From the human T2T-CHM13v2.0 reference genome, Homo sapiens: 64,000 bases of DNA. The notes beneath the pieces are model-generated. The model searched no databases. It was given only the letters and a program-made list of their open reading frames with translations, and was not told where the DNA came from. The stretch lies in NCBI RefSeq assembly GCF_009914755.1, contig NC_060937.1; one strand, written 5' to 3'. Shown piece after piece: positions 40,167-54,995 of this stretch (position 1 is its first letter; every line of letters starts with the position of its first letter). The translations under genes were made by a program, and so were the position numbers.

Positions 40167-42724
40167 TGCATTCATTTAGTTAGCACCTTGTCTATCTCAT
40201 TATTATCCAACATTGATCTTTTACTCAACTGCTTTTCTTATCAATCATTATTTTCCACTCTCTCGAAGTTTAGTTCTAAGGCTCCTTTAGCATATAAGCG
40301 TCCAGGCACAGTATGAGTTTGTAATTTTTATATGCTACACAGTAATGCTTATAGTTCTGTGGGCCCAAAACCTGCCTTTTGTTTGGGATATTTATTTAAA
40401 GAGTGAAAGCCCAATAGACACTTTTCGTCTGACTGATTGACTAAAGGCTCTAAAGAGTGTATTGGGTCTACAGAGCAGCCTTATTTCCTATTACTGTTTG
40501 AGCAGTTGCCAAATTTAGTTTGACTCCCCTATCTGTGAAGCCAATGAGATTCATTCAAAGTAATATTGGGAGTTTTCTGGATCAATATTGCTAAGTGTTC
40601 AATGTCAAGAATCCGTGGAATACCACTTGAAAATAGGTTGATTTGAGGAAGCTAATTGGTTTCTTCTAAGCTCCTTGAATTAATGCTGCTATTATTTTTC
40701 AACTAAAATTCCAGTTTTAATACTTCACAAGGGCATTTTATGAGCTCATTACAAGACATAGGGTAAGTGCAACACATGAGAGGTCATTTAAATGAGTGAA
40801 GAGATGTAACAAGAAACACCTGAAAAGTCAGAATGACCAGATGACATTGTATTTTCTTCTCTAACATTAGTTTTTTTTTTAAATCATATTCATGATACAA
40901 TGAATATCCAGTTGGAAAGAATCACAGTATATTGAAATATGTATTCCCTCTACTGAAACATATTCAAAATAGTTTTTCTCATATTAAATGCATAATATGC
41001 TTTTCAGTTAGAGGGTCTGAAATATGATGCAATGACCAAGTGCTGCTTATTAGGAAACTGATCAAATTTTAAAAGGTGGGGGATGGGAGAGACAAATTCA
41101 GTTTGGAAAGGAAAACTGGTAGCTTTTGGTCTGATTAAAACTATGAACTGTAACTTTATAAATCTTTTTTCTCCTTTACCCAAAGTGCCAAAAACAAAGC
41201 TGTATTCCTTTGATAAAGATTTCTGAAGACAAAAATAGCAACGTTTTTTCTTCAGAAAGTCAATAGTTTCTCCTAATTGGGACTACGGAGCTTACTGTCA
41301 AGGAGATCACAATGTCTGCACCGAGAATTTTCTAGATAATCTTTTGTGGCTAAGTCTCAAGAGCTTCAGAACTGGCAACAAGACTCAAAATGCTGTGAGA
41401 AGAATATCACCCATAATTGGATTAGCACAATTTTCTAAGTTAGGGTTAAAAGAAATTTTTCTTACATATGGAGGTTCTGTTAAGTTTGCTAAGCTAAATA
41501 ATTTAATACTTTTTCCAGGAAATGGCCGTTTGTTATTAGGGAACTTTATGTTTTTTGAAGAAGCATGAAAATTCCAGGAAGGAATTCCAGAAGTGATGAA
41601 TGGGGATGTTTGTTTAGTGAACCACTTTCTGTTCTGGCAATCCATTGAACGTCAATTTCACATCCCAAGATTCTCAGGACATTAGTGATTCTTTACATTG
41701 GTGGGCTCCAACATGGGTAAAACCTCTATGTTCTGCTGCATACACTCGTTTTGACACAACATCTTTGATCTGTACCAAAATTATTGAGGATAAGTTTGAT
41801 GAAACAGTATCTGATGTGAAAAGTTGAAACTTTTTATAAGAAAGTAAAATAAGCAGGAAACAAAATATAGGTATTAAAAAGGAGACAATGAATTCAGAGT
41901 AAAAATAAAAATAATTCCATGATAATAAGATAGCATACATTTTTGTTTTAAATTTTTTTATTACGCAAAATGGCAAATATAAATAAGAGGATAGTAAAAC
42001 AAAGCCTCATACACCTATACCCTAGCTTCAAAAATTACCAACTCAAGGTGAGTCTGGTTTTGTTCCCACCCCACCCACTACTTTCCTTTACTATTTTGAA
42101 GAAAATCCTAGTCAGCATATCATTTCAGTTGTAAATATTTCAGTATTTCTTAAATGAGTAAAAGCTTATGAAAAAGAAATGACCATAATATAATTGTCAC
42201 ATCTAAAAGTTGGTAATTCCTTATATCATCAAATACTAAATTACTGTTCAAATTTCCAAATGTCTCATAAATGTCATATGTTTTAAGTTTAAGTGAGAAT
42301 CTAAATAAGATCAACAATTACAATTAGTTGATAAGTCAATTAAACGTTTTATAATGTAGTAGGTCTCTTCCCTCCATTAGTTTTTTCTTGTAAATTATAT
42401 TTTGAAGGAACCAAGTTGTGTACCTCCTAAAGTTTTCTTGGTCTGAAACATGACATTTTTTTAAAGTAGTACATCCAAGAAGTCATATCAATGCCCACTG
42501 TTGAATTTTAGGTGCCTGCTCGATTTTGAGTTCACTAATGGTATTAAGAGAAATTTTATTTGTCATTGAATAATTATTTTTACAACATTCCTGCTATCTT
42601 GTTAGATCATCTCAATTATTTTGTTTTTGGTCAATTTTGTGACCCATGAAGAAAATCATATAGTTGTCAATTATCTCTTGAGAGTTACTGCCACGGAGTA
42701 TCACGCTAAATTTAAATAAGGTAT

Positions 42725-43087
42725 TGTGGCAGACACAATGCTATGTTTTCATGAAACTCCATCCCATTTTTCCCTCCATGGGCACACAAGGTCTACAATA
42801 TCTAGCCTCCATTCTAACGTGATGCCATATGACCAGCTCCTGGCCACTGGGTGTGGGCAGAAGCCATGTCCTAGCCTGGCTATAAAAGCCTCTGCACATT
42901 TGCCAGCAGTCTGGCTCCCACATGGTTAAGACAGTAAGATCAGTGTCTTTAATACACACTAGGAAGGCAGCTGCCTGACCCACATCAGACTGGAACAGGA
43001 GTGAGATGTAAAGCTCTGTGCTGCAGTAGTTGAGTCTGGGGATTGTTACCACAGCATAGTCCAGCCTCATCTATCTCAACCAATACT
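42725..43087 (+). mobile_element. MLT1I/J-like LTR
   Basis: TGTGGCAGACAC start; CCACATCAGACT and GGGATTGTTACCACAGCATAG..CCAATAC end motifs. Confidence 0.65.
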
Positions 43088-44151
43088 AAGACTGTTAGAC
43101 TGAAATAGAGACTGCATCATTTCCAGTCTGGTTGAGAACACTTCCAAACTTCTATTTGAGTAAGACTCTCCATATAAGTCTCATTTGGACTTAAATGAGC
43201 CAAAACAGAGATTGAAAATAGACAATACATATATAGGCTATAGAGTTGTTTTTTTTAAATTTATTTTGTTTTTTAAACATAGTAAAATACTTAAATATTT
43301 TCATCACATTTACTTTAAAATCTAAATGCTTATTTGACGTCAATATATTGAAAGGGAATAAAATGGATACTGGAAGTAGGAGCGACCAGTCCTTCAGTTT
43401 AATATCAGCTCAGCATAGAGGAAAACATCTTAGCTAAATGTTTCATTTGAACGCAATTATTTTTCAGCATTGAGAGGAGTTTTTGGCCAAATAATCTACT
43501 ACTTTGAAAAAGACAGCCAGAACCTACTTTTCAACGGAAGTTCTTTCAAAAAGCCAGAAAGAAAAAGTGTAGGAGTCATTGATGGTGGTAGAATTTTGAG
43601 TCCATGCCCATATAACCCAGGGCCTCTCTGTCACCTGAAGGGATTTTCTGAGACACCAGGAGTGCCCTCTGGGCCACTCCTTAAAAGTCCATTCTTATGC
43701 CCACCACAGGTCAATCTCCATAAATCCCACTATGTTATTTAACCAAACCTGTTCTTATCCTATCTTGTTGATGGTCAAGTAGACAGGCAATAGAGATGAA
43801 AAGATAATAAGCATTTTATCCAAATGAAACAGCATAGGTTCACAGGAGTTTAGCATGGGAAGTCATAGAGATCATGTGACCTAATTCCTTTATTACACAG
43901 ACAAAGAACCTATGCCACAGAAAGCCTAAGGGGCTTATCCAAGGACAGAATGCAGTCAGGCCGTGATAGACACAGGCAGCTAGATCCAGTTTCCTGACTC
44001 CTGCTTCTGAACCCTTTTCCTGTCCCTTTAATGGAGCCTCACTTTAATACAACTTACATATGCTAAATAAACTGACTTATTACAAACCTGACTGGAAGAT
44101 TCTTGGGACTTGGAATAAATACTCTTTTCACTGACAGACATAAGAAACCAC

Positions 44152-44427
44152 ATTTTTTTTTTTTTTTTGAGGCACAGTCTTACCCTGTTGCCCAGGCTGA
44201 AGTGAAGTGGTGCAATCTCGACTGCAACCTCTGCCTCACAGGTTCAAACGATTCTCCTGCCTCAGCCTCCTGAGTAGCTGGGACTATAGGCATGCGCCAT
44301 CACGCCCAGCTAATTTTTGTATTTTTAGTAGAGACAGGGTTTCACCATGTTAGCCAGGATGGTCTTGAATGCCTGCCTCAGCCTACTAAAGCGCTGGGAT
44401 TACAGACGTGAGCCACTGCACCTGGCC
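44152..44427 (-). mobile_element. AluS with small internal deletions
   Basis: Poly-T, Alu body ending CCTGGCC; TSD AAACCACATTTTT / AAACCACCTTTTT. Confidence 0.92.
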
Positions 44428-44449
44428 AAAACCACCTTTTTAAAAAAAT

Positions 44450-44620
44450 GTAGAATGACCTAGTGAGAGGCAGATTATTAAAATGGAGAGAATGGGTTTT
44501 GAAAGTTTTGTTCTAATCTTATCGCTATTGTTCTAACCTTGGAAAAATTGCTTACACTGTATGAGCCTCAGATTCCTCATTTGTAAAATGGGGAAAATAA
44601 TACCCCCACACAGAATTAGT
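44450..44620 (+). mobile_element. MIR SINE
   Basis: Core GAGCCTCAGATTCCTCATTTGTAAAATGGGGAAAATAATA. Confidence 0.7.
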
Positions 44621-45554
44621 GCCACGGTTACCAAGTCCTCGGCATCAGGGAGGCACCATAAGGCAGTGGAGCTTGCACTCAGTGAGGCATACGTGTGTGC
44701 CTTGTGTTACCAAAGATCTTGGAAAATCTCAATTTAAGATTTGGGGACACATGTCGTTGCTAAATTTATTACAAGTTTCAACTTTCAGTTTTGAGCATCC
44801 TGGCAAACAAACCCACAGTAACCTATTTAGTATACCACTGACATAAATATGTTTTCTAGTGAAATCAACACTGTATATTTTTAAGGAACACAAGTCTACA
44901 AAATCATATCTTGCTTTCATGCCAACCTAATTGCCACAACTAGCTCTAAGACTCCATTTTAAACCCTAATTGCTTCAAGGTGGCAAGAAACATATAGAAC
45001 TTTACTTGTTTAGGCTATTTGCAAAAGGCAATACAGCCTGTCATCATGAACATTCTATTGATGTGGTATGTGGTTGTTCGCTGTGAAAACAGAACCATTT
45101 AAAATTGTGTAGCACTAAACACACCCTGGTATGATGAAGTGTGAGAGAAAGGAAACACAGAACTCAAACACCAGGAAAAATGAACACTCTCATTGCAGTG
45201 AAACATTGGTATGAAATTGGCACAAGGGCAAAAGGAATTCAGAAATGACACAACAAACTTACTCTTTTTCTTACTCTAAGTCATTTAACTCTTACTTTCA
45301 CCTTCTAGTAACAAGCATACATTTTTTACATAGAAAGAAAAACACAGTTATAAAAGATTATTTCACCCCTACTAAAATCAATAGTATATATAAAGGGCAA
45401 TGATACACACAGGTTACAGCATATGAATATGAAATTTGCATATGCAAATGAAATTTGTTTTTCCTTTGAAAACAACACAGGTTTAATCATGTTATTAAGC
45501 AGAATTTTAACGAGCAATTATGAGCGCTACTCTGAAGAGTGTAAATGATAAGTG

Positions 45555-46005
45555 CTACTATTCGCAATAGCAAAGACATGGAATCAACCTAAATGCCCAT
45601 CAATGGTCAACTGGATAAAGCAAAATGTGGTACATATACACCATGGAATACTATGCAGCCATAAAAAAGAACAAAATCATGTTCTCTGCAGGGACATGGA
45701 TGGAGCTGGAGGTCATTATTCTTAGCAAACTAACACAGGAACAGAAAACCAAATACCACATATTCTCACTTATAAGTGGGAGCCAAATGATGAGAACACA
45801 TGGACACTAGAGGGGAACAACACACACAGGGGCCTATCAGAGGGGAGACTGGGAGGAAGGAGAGGATCCAGAAAATAATTAATGGCTACTAGGCTTAATA
45901 CCTGGATGATTAAATAATCTGTAAAACAAAACCCTATGACACAAATTTACTTATGTAACAAACCTGCACTTGTACCCCTGAACTTAAAATAATAGTTTAA
46001 ATAAA
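45555..46005 (+). mobile_element. 5'-truncated L1P (L1PB/old L1PA) 3' end
   Basis: ORF2 C-terminus MWYIYTMEYYAAIKKN (45625-45810), 3' UTR and A-rich tail. Confidence 0.9.
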
Positions 46006-47384
46006 GATGCCTGGTGCAGTCCCAAACATAACAGAGGCTGTAATTCAAAATATCGCTATTCAATTACTTTAAAATAAGCTTTCCTTAATACTTTTAAATT
46101 GTAAATGAGAAAACAGATATGTACAGAAAAGACCATTAATAAAAGTTTAGGTTTTTCAAGGTGTTGTTTGTTTGTTAATTCATGTGTTTGCTTTTGTTTC
46201 AGTTGTTGTTGTGTGTTTGGGGGTGAGGCTGGGGATATTTGTTTCCTGAGGACCTCTGCATTTTCTGACTTTTATTTGAATGTGCTAAGGCAAACTGAGA
46301 AAATTCAAAATTGTGTCCAACCATTTGACTTCTCAAGTCACATACCAAAACAAAAACTATGGGATTACATCAAAGGGCATAGTAGGGATTCCTGGGTTAA
46401 GGAGAAAAAAGTGTGTAACATTCCTAACTAGAGTGATGGAGTATGAACTATATAAGGAAAGCTATCATCACCATTGACAAATATTTGTTATGTTAGGCAC
46501 TAGCCTCCCTGTAAAGGAAGACAATACCCATGAATTCAGAATGTAAGCCACCCACAGCCCGATACTGAAGTTATCCTGGACTTTCCTGCCTGTGTCCACA
46601 CAGATAGGAATCCTAGTCATGATGAAACTGAACATCCACACTGGCAGCTAGCTCCATGATAGGACATGTGAGCACAAATAGTTCAAATTGCTCAGAGGGA
46701 GAAAGTCAAAAGCACATTGTGCAATCTGACTCTTTGGAATGTCAATGTGAGGCATGAATCACCTGACAGAATTTGCCTCGGTCCATTTAAAGACATTATT
46801 CAAAGAAACTCATCTACACATCACTGCCCAACAAGGAGACGTTTCTATTTCAAAATTAAATAAGAACCTCAGACAATTTTTTCACAGCAGTTATCATGAT
46901 TATTGAATATGTGATAATCCACAGTGTGTTCAATCCTTGTGGATTACAAAGGACACATTGTAGAAAACTGCAGATTTGGTGACAGCATTGGCACTAAGAG
47001 TCAGAAATCCCAGATTCTAGACCATGCCAAACCACTTCCCAGACAGGTGACCTTGGACAAGTACCTTCATCTTGCTAAACTTTTTTTTTCTTTTTTGTTA
47101 AAAATAGTAGTAAGAGTTCCTGAATTTTTCATCACACACAGGTTGCACAGGAATCAAAAGAAACTCTATAACAATATTTGATAAAGTGTAATGCATATGG
47201 ACACAATAACCATAATAATTACTAAAATATTTTTATTATACAAGCAAAAACTTATAAAAAGAAAATGTTTAATTCAAGTCATGGGAATAAATGAGACTCT
47301 TCAGAGAACTTGTAATATAAGTCAGAAAGAAGTAAAAGAAAAGAAAAGCCATGAGGAACACTAATACTTAGAAATAAGGCAGAC

Positions 47385-47680
47385 GGCCGGGCGCAGTGGG
47401 TCACACCTGTAACCCCAGCACTTTGGGAGGCCGAGGTGGGTGGATCATGAGGTTCAGGAGATCGAGACCAACCTGGCTAACACAGTGAAACCCCATCTCT
47501 ACTAAAAATACAAAAAATTAGCCAGGCGTGGTGGCAGGCACCTGTAGTCCTGGCTACTCAGGAAGCTGAGGCAGGAGAATGGTGTGAACCCAGGAGGTGG
47601 AGCTTGCAGTGAGCCGAGATCACACCACCGCACTCCAGCCTGGGTGACAGAATGAGACTTCATCTCAAAAAAAGAAAAAA
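47385..47680 (+). mobile_element. Alu (AluY/Sc8-like)
   Basis: GAGATCGAGACCA and GAATGGTGTGAACCC..GGAGCTTGCAG diagnostics; perfect 15-bp TSD AGAAATAAGGCAGAC (47370-47384 / 47681-47695). Confidence 0.95.
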
Positions 47681-47879
47681 AGAAATAAGGCAGACACAAG
47701 AGCCAATAAAGAAGTGAGAAGGTGGGTTTGTAGAAATGTCAGGGAACTAGGGATGTTCTGTGTTACAGATGCCAAGAGAGGGGAAGAGTAATCGTCAGCA
47801 AAGTACCTCCCAAATGGATCAAATAGGATGATCACAACTAAATTAAAATCATTAGCTTTGGTAACTAGAAAGTCACTGC

Positions 47880-48730
47880 TCTGTTTCTATCAACTGATTT
47901 TTTTTCTTGGTAGGGTCACATTTGCTTGCTTCCCCACATGTCTAGTAATTTTAATTGGATATTTGACATCACCACTGTTGTTCAATGTCTGGATTCCTGT
48001 CTTCCTTTAAAATACTCTGTACTTTGTTCTGGAAGGAGATTAATCTCTTTGAGGATGTTTGACCTTTACAGTCTTTCTTAGGATGTTTTTAAGCTTTGTT
48101 AGAGAAGGTTTAGAATAGCTTTTGCTCTGGGGTTAGGTGAGCCCTGCACTTAAGATGTGGCCTTTGTGGAGCCTCTACTGAATGCCCTGGTCTTTCCATT
48201 CAGGCTAGCTGGAGCCCAAATGTCTCCCAGCTCTACATGAGCTCCAGTGGTTTGTGTTTGTAGTTCCATGACAGTTATCTTTTCTTGATAGTTGTTCTGT
48301 ACCCTACACAAGTTCAGGTTACTATTCAGACAAAGACTCAGGGAAAACTCTGAGTAGATTCTGAAGCTCCTTCTCTGCTTGGCCCTTCCTCTCTAGTACC
48401 CTGCCCCAAAAATTTCAACTGTGCATTTCCTGTGCAAGTACCTTTATTCTCAGTCTTTCTGAACTTTGATCTCTATCACCTCATCTCAGTGAGACTCCAA
48501 GTTCTGCTTAGGCTGCCTCTTCAGGGGCCTTGGTCCAGAAGCACTATCCAGGCAGAAAGCCAAGGCATCCAGGGCCCACCACATTAGTTTTTTCCTGCCA
48601 TGGATTATATTCCTATGCTGCCTTTTGTTTAATGTCTAAAAACCATTTCTTTTTCAGTTTCTCTAGCTCTTTATGTCCGGAGGACTAGTTCAGTACCAGT
48701 TACTACATTTTAGCCAGAACCAGAAGCCCA
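47880..48730 (-). mobile_element. Old L1M 5'-region fragment
   Basis: Resembles the reverse complement of the L1M 5' region at 35300-36010 (e.g. ends TTTAGCCAGAACCAGAAG). Confidence 0.5.
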
Positions 48731-51175
48731 CTGGAGATCTTAGGAAAAGAATTTTGAGTGGATTTAGGCATAAATGAAAGAAAGTAATGAGCCAGCACAT
48801 ATAAGCAACTCTTCAACAAAGAGACAGAGGTAGACTGAACAGTGACTTGTGCAGAGATCTTCATCCAAATTATTGCTATTTTGTTATTTATGACTTAATC
48901 TCAATAGTATTTCTTAATGTTTGACTCTATGTGGCTAATAACTGTGTCTACTTTGGTTAGTCTTGTATCTTCAGTTAACACAATTCCCATAACACTGGCC
49001 CATAACTGGCACTTAAAAATACTTAAAAAAATACTTGCTGAATAAATAAATAAATAACAAATAAATGAATGAATGACTGGAAGAACCAGTCTCCATTTTC
49101 CAAATGCTTAAAAGTGTAATGTTATGTGAATATAACACTTGTATGTCATATTACCTGGAAATTTTATTTCTTTATCAAGCCTCCTTTAAAAACAATTTAC
49201 TTTGTTTTCTAGTGGAATGTGTCCTACTTGAATCTAGAACATGACCCTTTTGCGAAATTGGTTGTCATTTTGTGAACTTTGAGGAATGCCAACCAGGAAG
49301 GAACAGTTTGCATTATGAGAAATTTGAGTAGGTACACCAATCAGATGACAGCCATACTTCAGAAACACATCTTAAAATAAATGAATAGCTCTACCTGGCC
49401 AAACATAACCTCAACAAATGACTGTTCCAGGCCTCTTAACAACATACATGAGAAAAAATGAATTCAGACTTAGCATACAAAATAACTAAAATGTTTTTAC
49501 CTGCAAGACATATTTTGTAAGTGAAGGCAAGTAGCTTTTGCCTTTACTGGCTGATACCAGATTACTAATTAATCACGTGAGATATTGCTAGATCAGACTT
49601 CTAACGAGTGACTTTCAGAGTCTGACGATGAAAAAGTTAAAATCTTTAGTGATGCTTTCTGCACGTATTGTCTTCTTCTCAAGAGACAATTGAGGATTTA
49701 TAGGTTCTGTTAGAATGAGAAGTTTTCTCAATTCAACATATTGTGATACTTATTCTCCCTAATTTTGTGATGCCATATTCCTCCTCTACACTAGCAAAAT
49801 AAGAGGAAACTAAAGCAAAATAGCTGGAGAAAAACAGACAATCTCATACATTGATAGAAATACAAAATGACCTTATCTTATAAAAAGGGAATTTGGAAAT
49901 GTGTAACAGGATGACTTAAGCATTTATCTTTGACCCAGCAATCTCATTTCCAGAGATCTATCCTAAAAGTACATGGCAAAAATATGAAAAATAGAGGTGT
50001 GCAACTATATTCCTTGCAGCATTATGACTAATAGAAAGGGTGCAAGAACAATGTTTTCCAATATTTCAATAAACTATGCTATGTCCTCACAACAGAGTAC
50101 TATAGAGCTGTACAAATAAAAGATGAATACTTCTAGAAGCTTCAATGTGTAGAATATTTAACTAAGAAGAGTATGTGTGTATATATACATATATATCTAC
50201 AGAAAACATGTTTTATTTTAATAACTTAAAAAATTTGTACCTACAGAGGGTTAAATACATACAAGAGAAAGGAATAGAAGCAAGTCTTCCCTGAGTATAC
50301 ATTGTTTTGTACATTTGACAAATAACTCATGTAAATGCTTAACATTATATTAAATAAAATTAAAATTACAAAGGCCATTCTTAAAATCAAAAGCAAATCA
50401 AAAATAATGAACCTGTTTATCAGGTTAGTAGCATATTCACAAAAAGACAAAAATTTCAAGTAACTTTAAAGAATATTGATTTACTATACCCCCTATTGGG
50501 TTAGATACTAAAGACCTGAAGAACAATCTTCAACTCTTTTCAATAATCACATTATTTGTGACAGAAGTGATATAACTATTCTGAGAATATGTCATTATTT
50601 TCTGTATGTAATGAGTAATTATCGTGAGATAAATCAAATGAACTATTATCATTGAGGATTGGCGTTTTCACCATGAAAGGAATGAGATACGGATGTAAGG
50701 TTGATGAGATGAATAATAACCTGTAGTCTTAAATTGTATTTAAAATTAGTAATCAATATGAATTCACATTGTATATCATCTTTATGAATACATTGTGTGT
50801 GGGCATGTGCGTGTGCGTTTCTTAGCTTTGTCCTCTAGAAAAGTCTAGAAACAGTGACTAACTCGGTAGCAATTAGCACCTCTAGCACAAAGATCATGGT
50901 CTCTAAATATGATTTCCCACTGCAAGGAACCAGAATTCCTTGGTGAAATAATTGCTTTCAGCTTGAGAAAGAAAATGTTAAAGATGAGTCTGAAATGTCT
51001 GTTCTTCCCAGACAGTAAGAAGCTAACAAAGTCTATTGAAATCGTGAGCAAATAATTCAACAGCCACATTCAAGAGTTTTTCATTAGCCAATGGAGGGCG
51101 AATTTGGCCACAAATAAGATTAACAAATGAAATAAATTACATTAAGCATGTAAATTCATGTGTTTATAATAATAC

Positions 51176-51531
51176 TGTAATAGTCTGTTCTCATGCTCCT
51201 AATAAAGACATACCCAAGATGAGGTTATTTATAAAGAAGAGAGGTTTAATGGACTCACAGTTGCACATGGCTGAGAAGGCCTCACAATCATGGCAGAAGG
51301 CAAAGGAGAAGCAAAGGCACGTCTTACCTGGTGGCAGGCAAGAGGGCATGTGCAGGGGAACTCCCCTTTATAAAACCATCAGATGTCATGAGACTTACTA
51401 TCACTAGAAGAGCATGGGAAAAACTTGCCCCCAAGATTCAATTAACTCCCACAAGGTCACTCCCACAATGTGTGGGGATTATTATAATTCAAGATAAGAT
51501 TTGGTTGGTGACACAGAGCCAAACCATATCA
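51176..51531 (-). mobile_element. THE1B/C-like solo LTR
   Basis: TGTAATAGTCTGTTCTCATGCT...AAACCATATCA; TSD AATAC (51171-51175 / 51532-51536). Confidence 0.9.
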
Positions 51532-52078
51532 AATACTTAAGTCAAATTTCAGTGATCATCTTCAGAGAGTGAAAGGAAAACAATTTATTGTTTTGAAAAC
51601 TAGTGGATAAGAGGATATAACCAAGAACTTACATTGCTTTTCCTATAATAATTCTACCTCAAAGTAAACATATAATATACAATGGAAAGGCATTGTTTGT
51701 AGATACACTACAGACAATAAATTTAAAAGAAATGATCACATTAAGACATCACCATTTTGTAACTCTCTTTTTTTTATGTATTTAGTCAGATTAGTCATCT
51801 ACCTTTACAAAGAAAAGAGATGGCTAGACAATGTACACCTCCTAATAACAAATATAATTCTGCCTACAAGTATTTTTGAATAAAGAGTAAAATACAGTAA
51901 ATAAAACCCAAATCCTACTAAAAGTTTAGGTTTACTAGTTTATAAGAAATTCAGGTTTCAAAGGAATTACACAACACAATCTGGACTGTAAAAATTTCTT
52001 TAGGACAAACAACCTGTTTCTTCGACCAATAAAATGCAAGGAAAAAGCCAACAAGTTCTATATCTTAAAAGAGGTTTA

Positions 52079-52434
<356 letters not shown>

Positions 52435-52508
52435 TCAGGCAAATTGTAAAAGAAGAAAAGAGAATCAGGAAAATTAGAACACTTAGTAGATATGTAATAG
52501 TATTAAGG

Positions 52509-52797
<289 letters not shown>

Positions 52798-52808
52798 AAT
52801 AGTATTAA

Positions 52809-53112
<304 letters not shown>

Positions 53113-54543
53113 TAAGGAATAATTTTTAATTTTTAAGTATGATAATCATATGGAAATTAACCTTTTGAAAGAGGTCTAAACTTTCAGAGATGTATATTGA
53201 AATATTTATGGAGGAAATGATATGATGTCTGGGATTTGCTTCAAAATATTTGGTGAGGGACAGGGTGCAAGATAGGATTATAGAGGACACAAGACTTGAA
53301 CTTTCACCCTATTTGGTTGTACTTTCTGAAGTTCTATGGACTAGATAGTCACACAGGGGTTAAGCTGTGTGTTGTGGCTCATGCCTGTAATCCCAGATAA
53401 AGGAACAGAAAGGCCTATATGGAAACATTTGAACACCTAGTCAGGCTAATAATTTAGTTCCTCAGAATAAATATATTTGTGAAATGTATATTAAGAGAAG
53501 CTAAGCACTGAACAGGGAAGAACAGAATGGAGGAATTAAAAGACCACCGAGTCAGTGCTTTGATCACCTTATTGTCCTAAACCCTTGATATCCCCACACT
53601 CATATGCCCACTCAGCTGAATAAAGCCCATGAAGTTACCAGAATATTTAACTATTATATATTATTTCCCAAGCGTTCCCCTTGAAGGAATCACTCCCAGA
53701 ACCAACCAAGGGGCTTATCAAGATATAATTCCCAATCATGTACACTAAGTCATCTTTCAAAGATAACTTGTGGAGAATACAATTTCTTCATCTAATCCAG
53801 GGGGCTTTGGCATTTCTCACCAACTCCCCTCACTGGCAACTGCCTCCCTTCACATGGCTTCAGAGAATTTTCCTGCTAACAGAGATTGCTCAGGAAATAG
53901 CTATAAACACCTATTATCTCCCTTCCCAGAGCTTTCTTTAACAATAAGACCCTTCCCTTGGCCATCATTTCCATCATTATTTTGACTTCTCCCTTGTCCC
54001 TTAAGTCCAATTAGCTGATTGGAAACCTTCCCACATAATCTGCCATTCTTGCTTCCTTTCCATTCCTAATGCCACTGGATTTGGCTGGACCCCATAGTGA
54101 GCGAGGAAGTAAAAAGAGAATAGCTAGGCAGATAGCTAGGTCAAAATTCCTCAGTAGAACTTCCTTTCTCACAAAAAGCAGCCCAAGAAAACACGTGTCT
54201 CCTAACAAAGAGCAGCCTGGAAGATTGTGCTGCAAACATAGATAAGGAAGCTGGAAGCTTGCAGCTGGGAGCTGCCGCACTAGAAAGGGGTACCTGGGGC
54301 CAGTCATGTGCACCATGAGGGCTCCGCCTCCCACTTTTTTTTTTCTTTTTCTTTTTTTTGCACCTGCACAGTAGGAAAGCAACATGGAGTAGCTCAGGCA
54401 AAGGACCCGCCTCCATAATAAAAGGCTGGGATGGGGGCTGCCAGAGATTCGCACTCTATGCTGATGGCACACCTGGTCTTAACTGTTTTTTCACACCCTA
54501 TGTAGGTAAAATACTGCCTCCCCACTAGGTCACTTATAAAAAC

Positions 54544-54975
54544 TGTCAGGCCTCTGAGCCCAAGCCAAGCCACCGCATCCCCTGTGACTTGCACGTATAC
54601 GCCCAGATGGCCTGAAGTAACTGAAGAATCACAAAAGAACTGAAAAGGCCCTGCCCCGCCTTAACTGATGACATTCCACCATGGTGATTTGTTCTTGCCC
54701 CACCTTAACTGAGTGATTAACCCTGTGAATTTCCTTCTCCTGGCTCAGCAGCTCCCCCACTGAGCACCTTGTGACCCCCGCCCCTGCCCACCAGAGAACA
54801 ACCCCCTTTGACTGTAATTTTCCATTACCTTCCCAAATCCTATAAAACGGCCCCACCCCATCTCCCTTCGCTGACTCTCTTTTCGGACTCAGCCTGCCTG
54901 CCCCCAGGTGAAATAAACAGCCATGTTGCTCACACAAAGCCTGTTTGGTGTCTCTTCACACGGACTCGAGTGAAC
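54544..54975 (+). promoter_or_regulatory. HERV-H 5' LTR7 (TATA 54841-54847, AATAAA 54912-54917)
   Basis: About 97% identical to 60152-60584 by hand count; TATAAAA and GC boxes (CCCCGCC) present. Confidence 0.93.
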
Positions 54976-54977
54976 TT

Positions 54978-54995
54978 TGATGCCGTGGCTCGGAT
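54978..54995 (+). promoter_or_regulatory. Primer binding site, tRNA-His
   Basis: TGATGCCGTGGCTCGGAT, 2 mismatches to TGGTGCCGTGACTCGGAT. Confidence 0.88.

Noticed and set aside
41344-41976. Cluster of 60-100 aa ORFs in apparently unique sequence
   Set aside because: No recognisable domain and no convincing paired splice sites; cannot be supported as coding.
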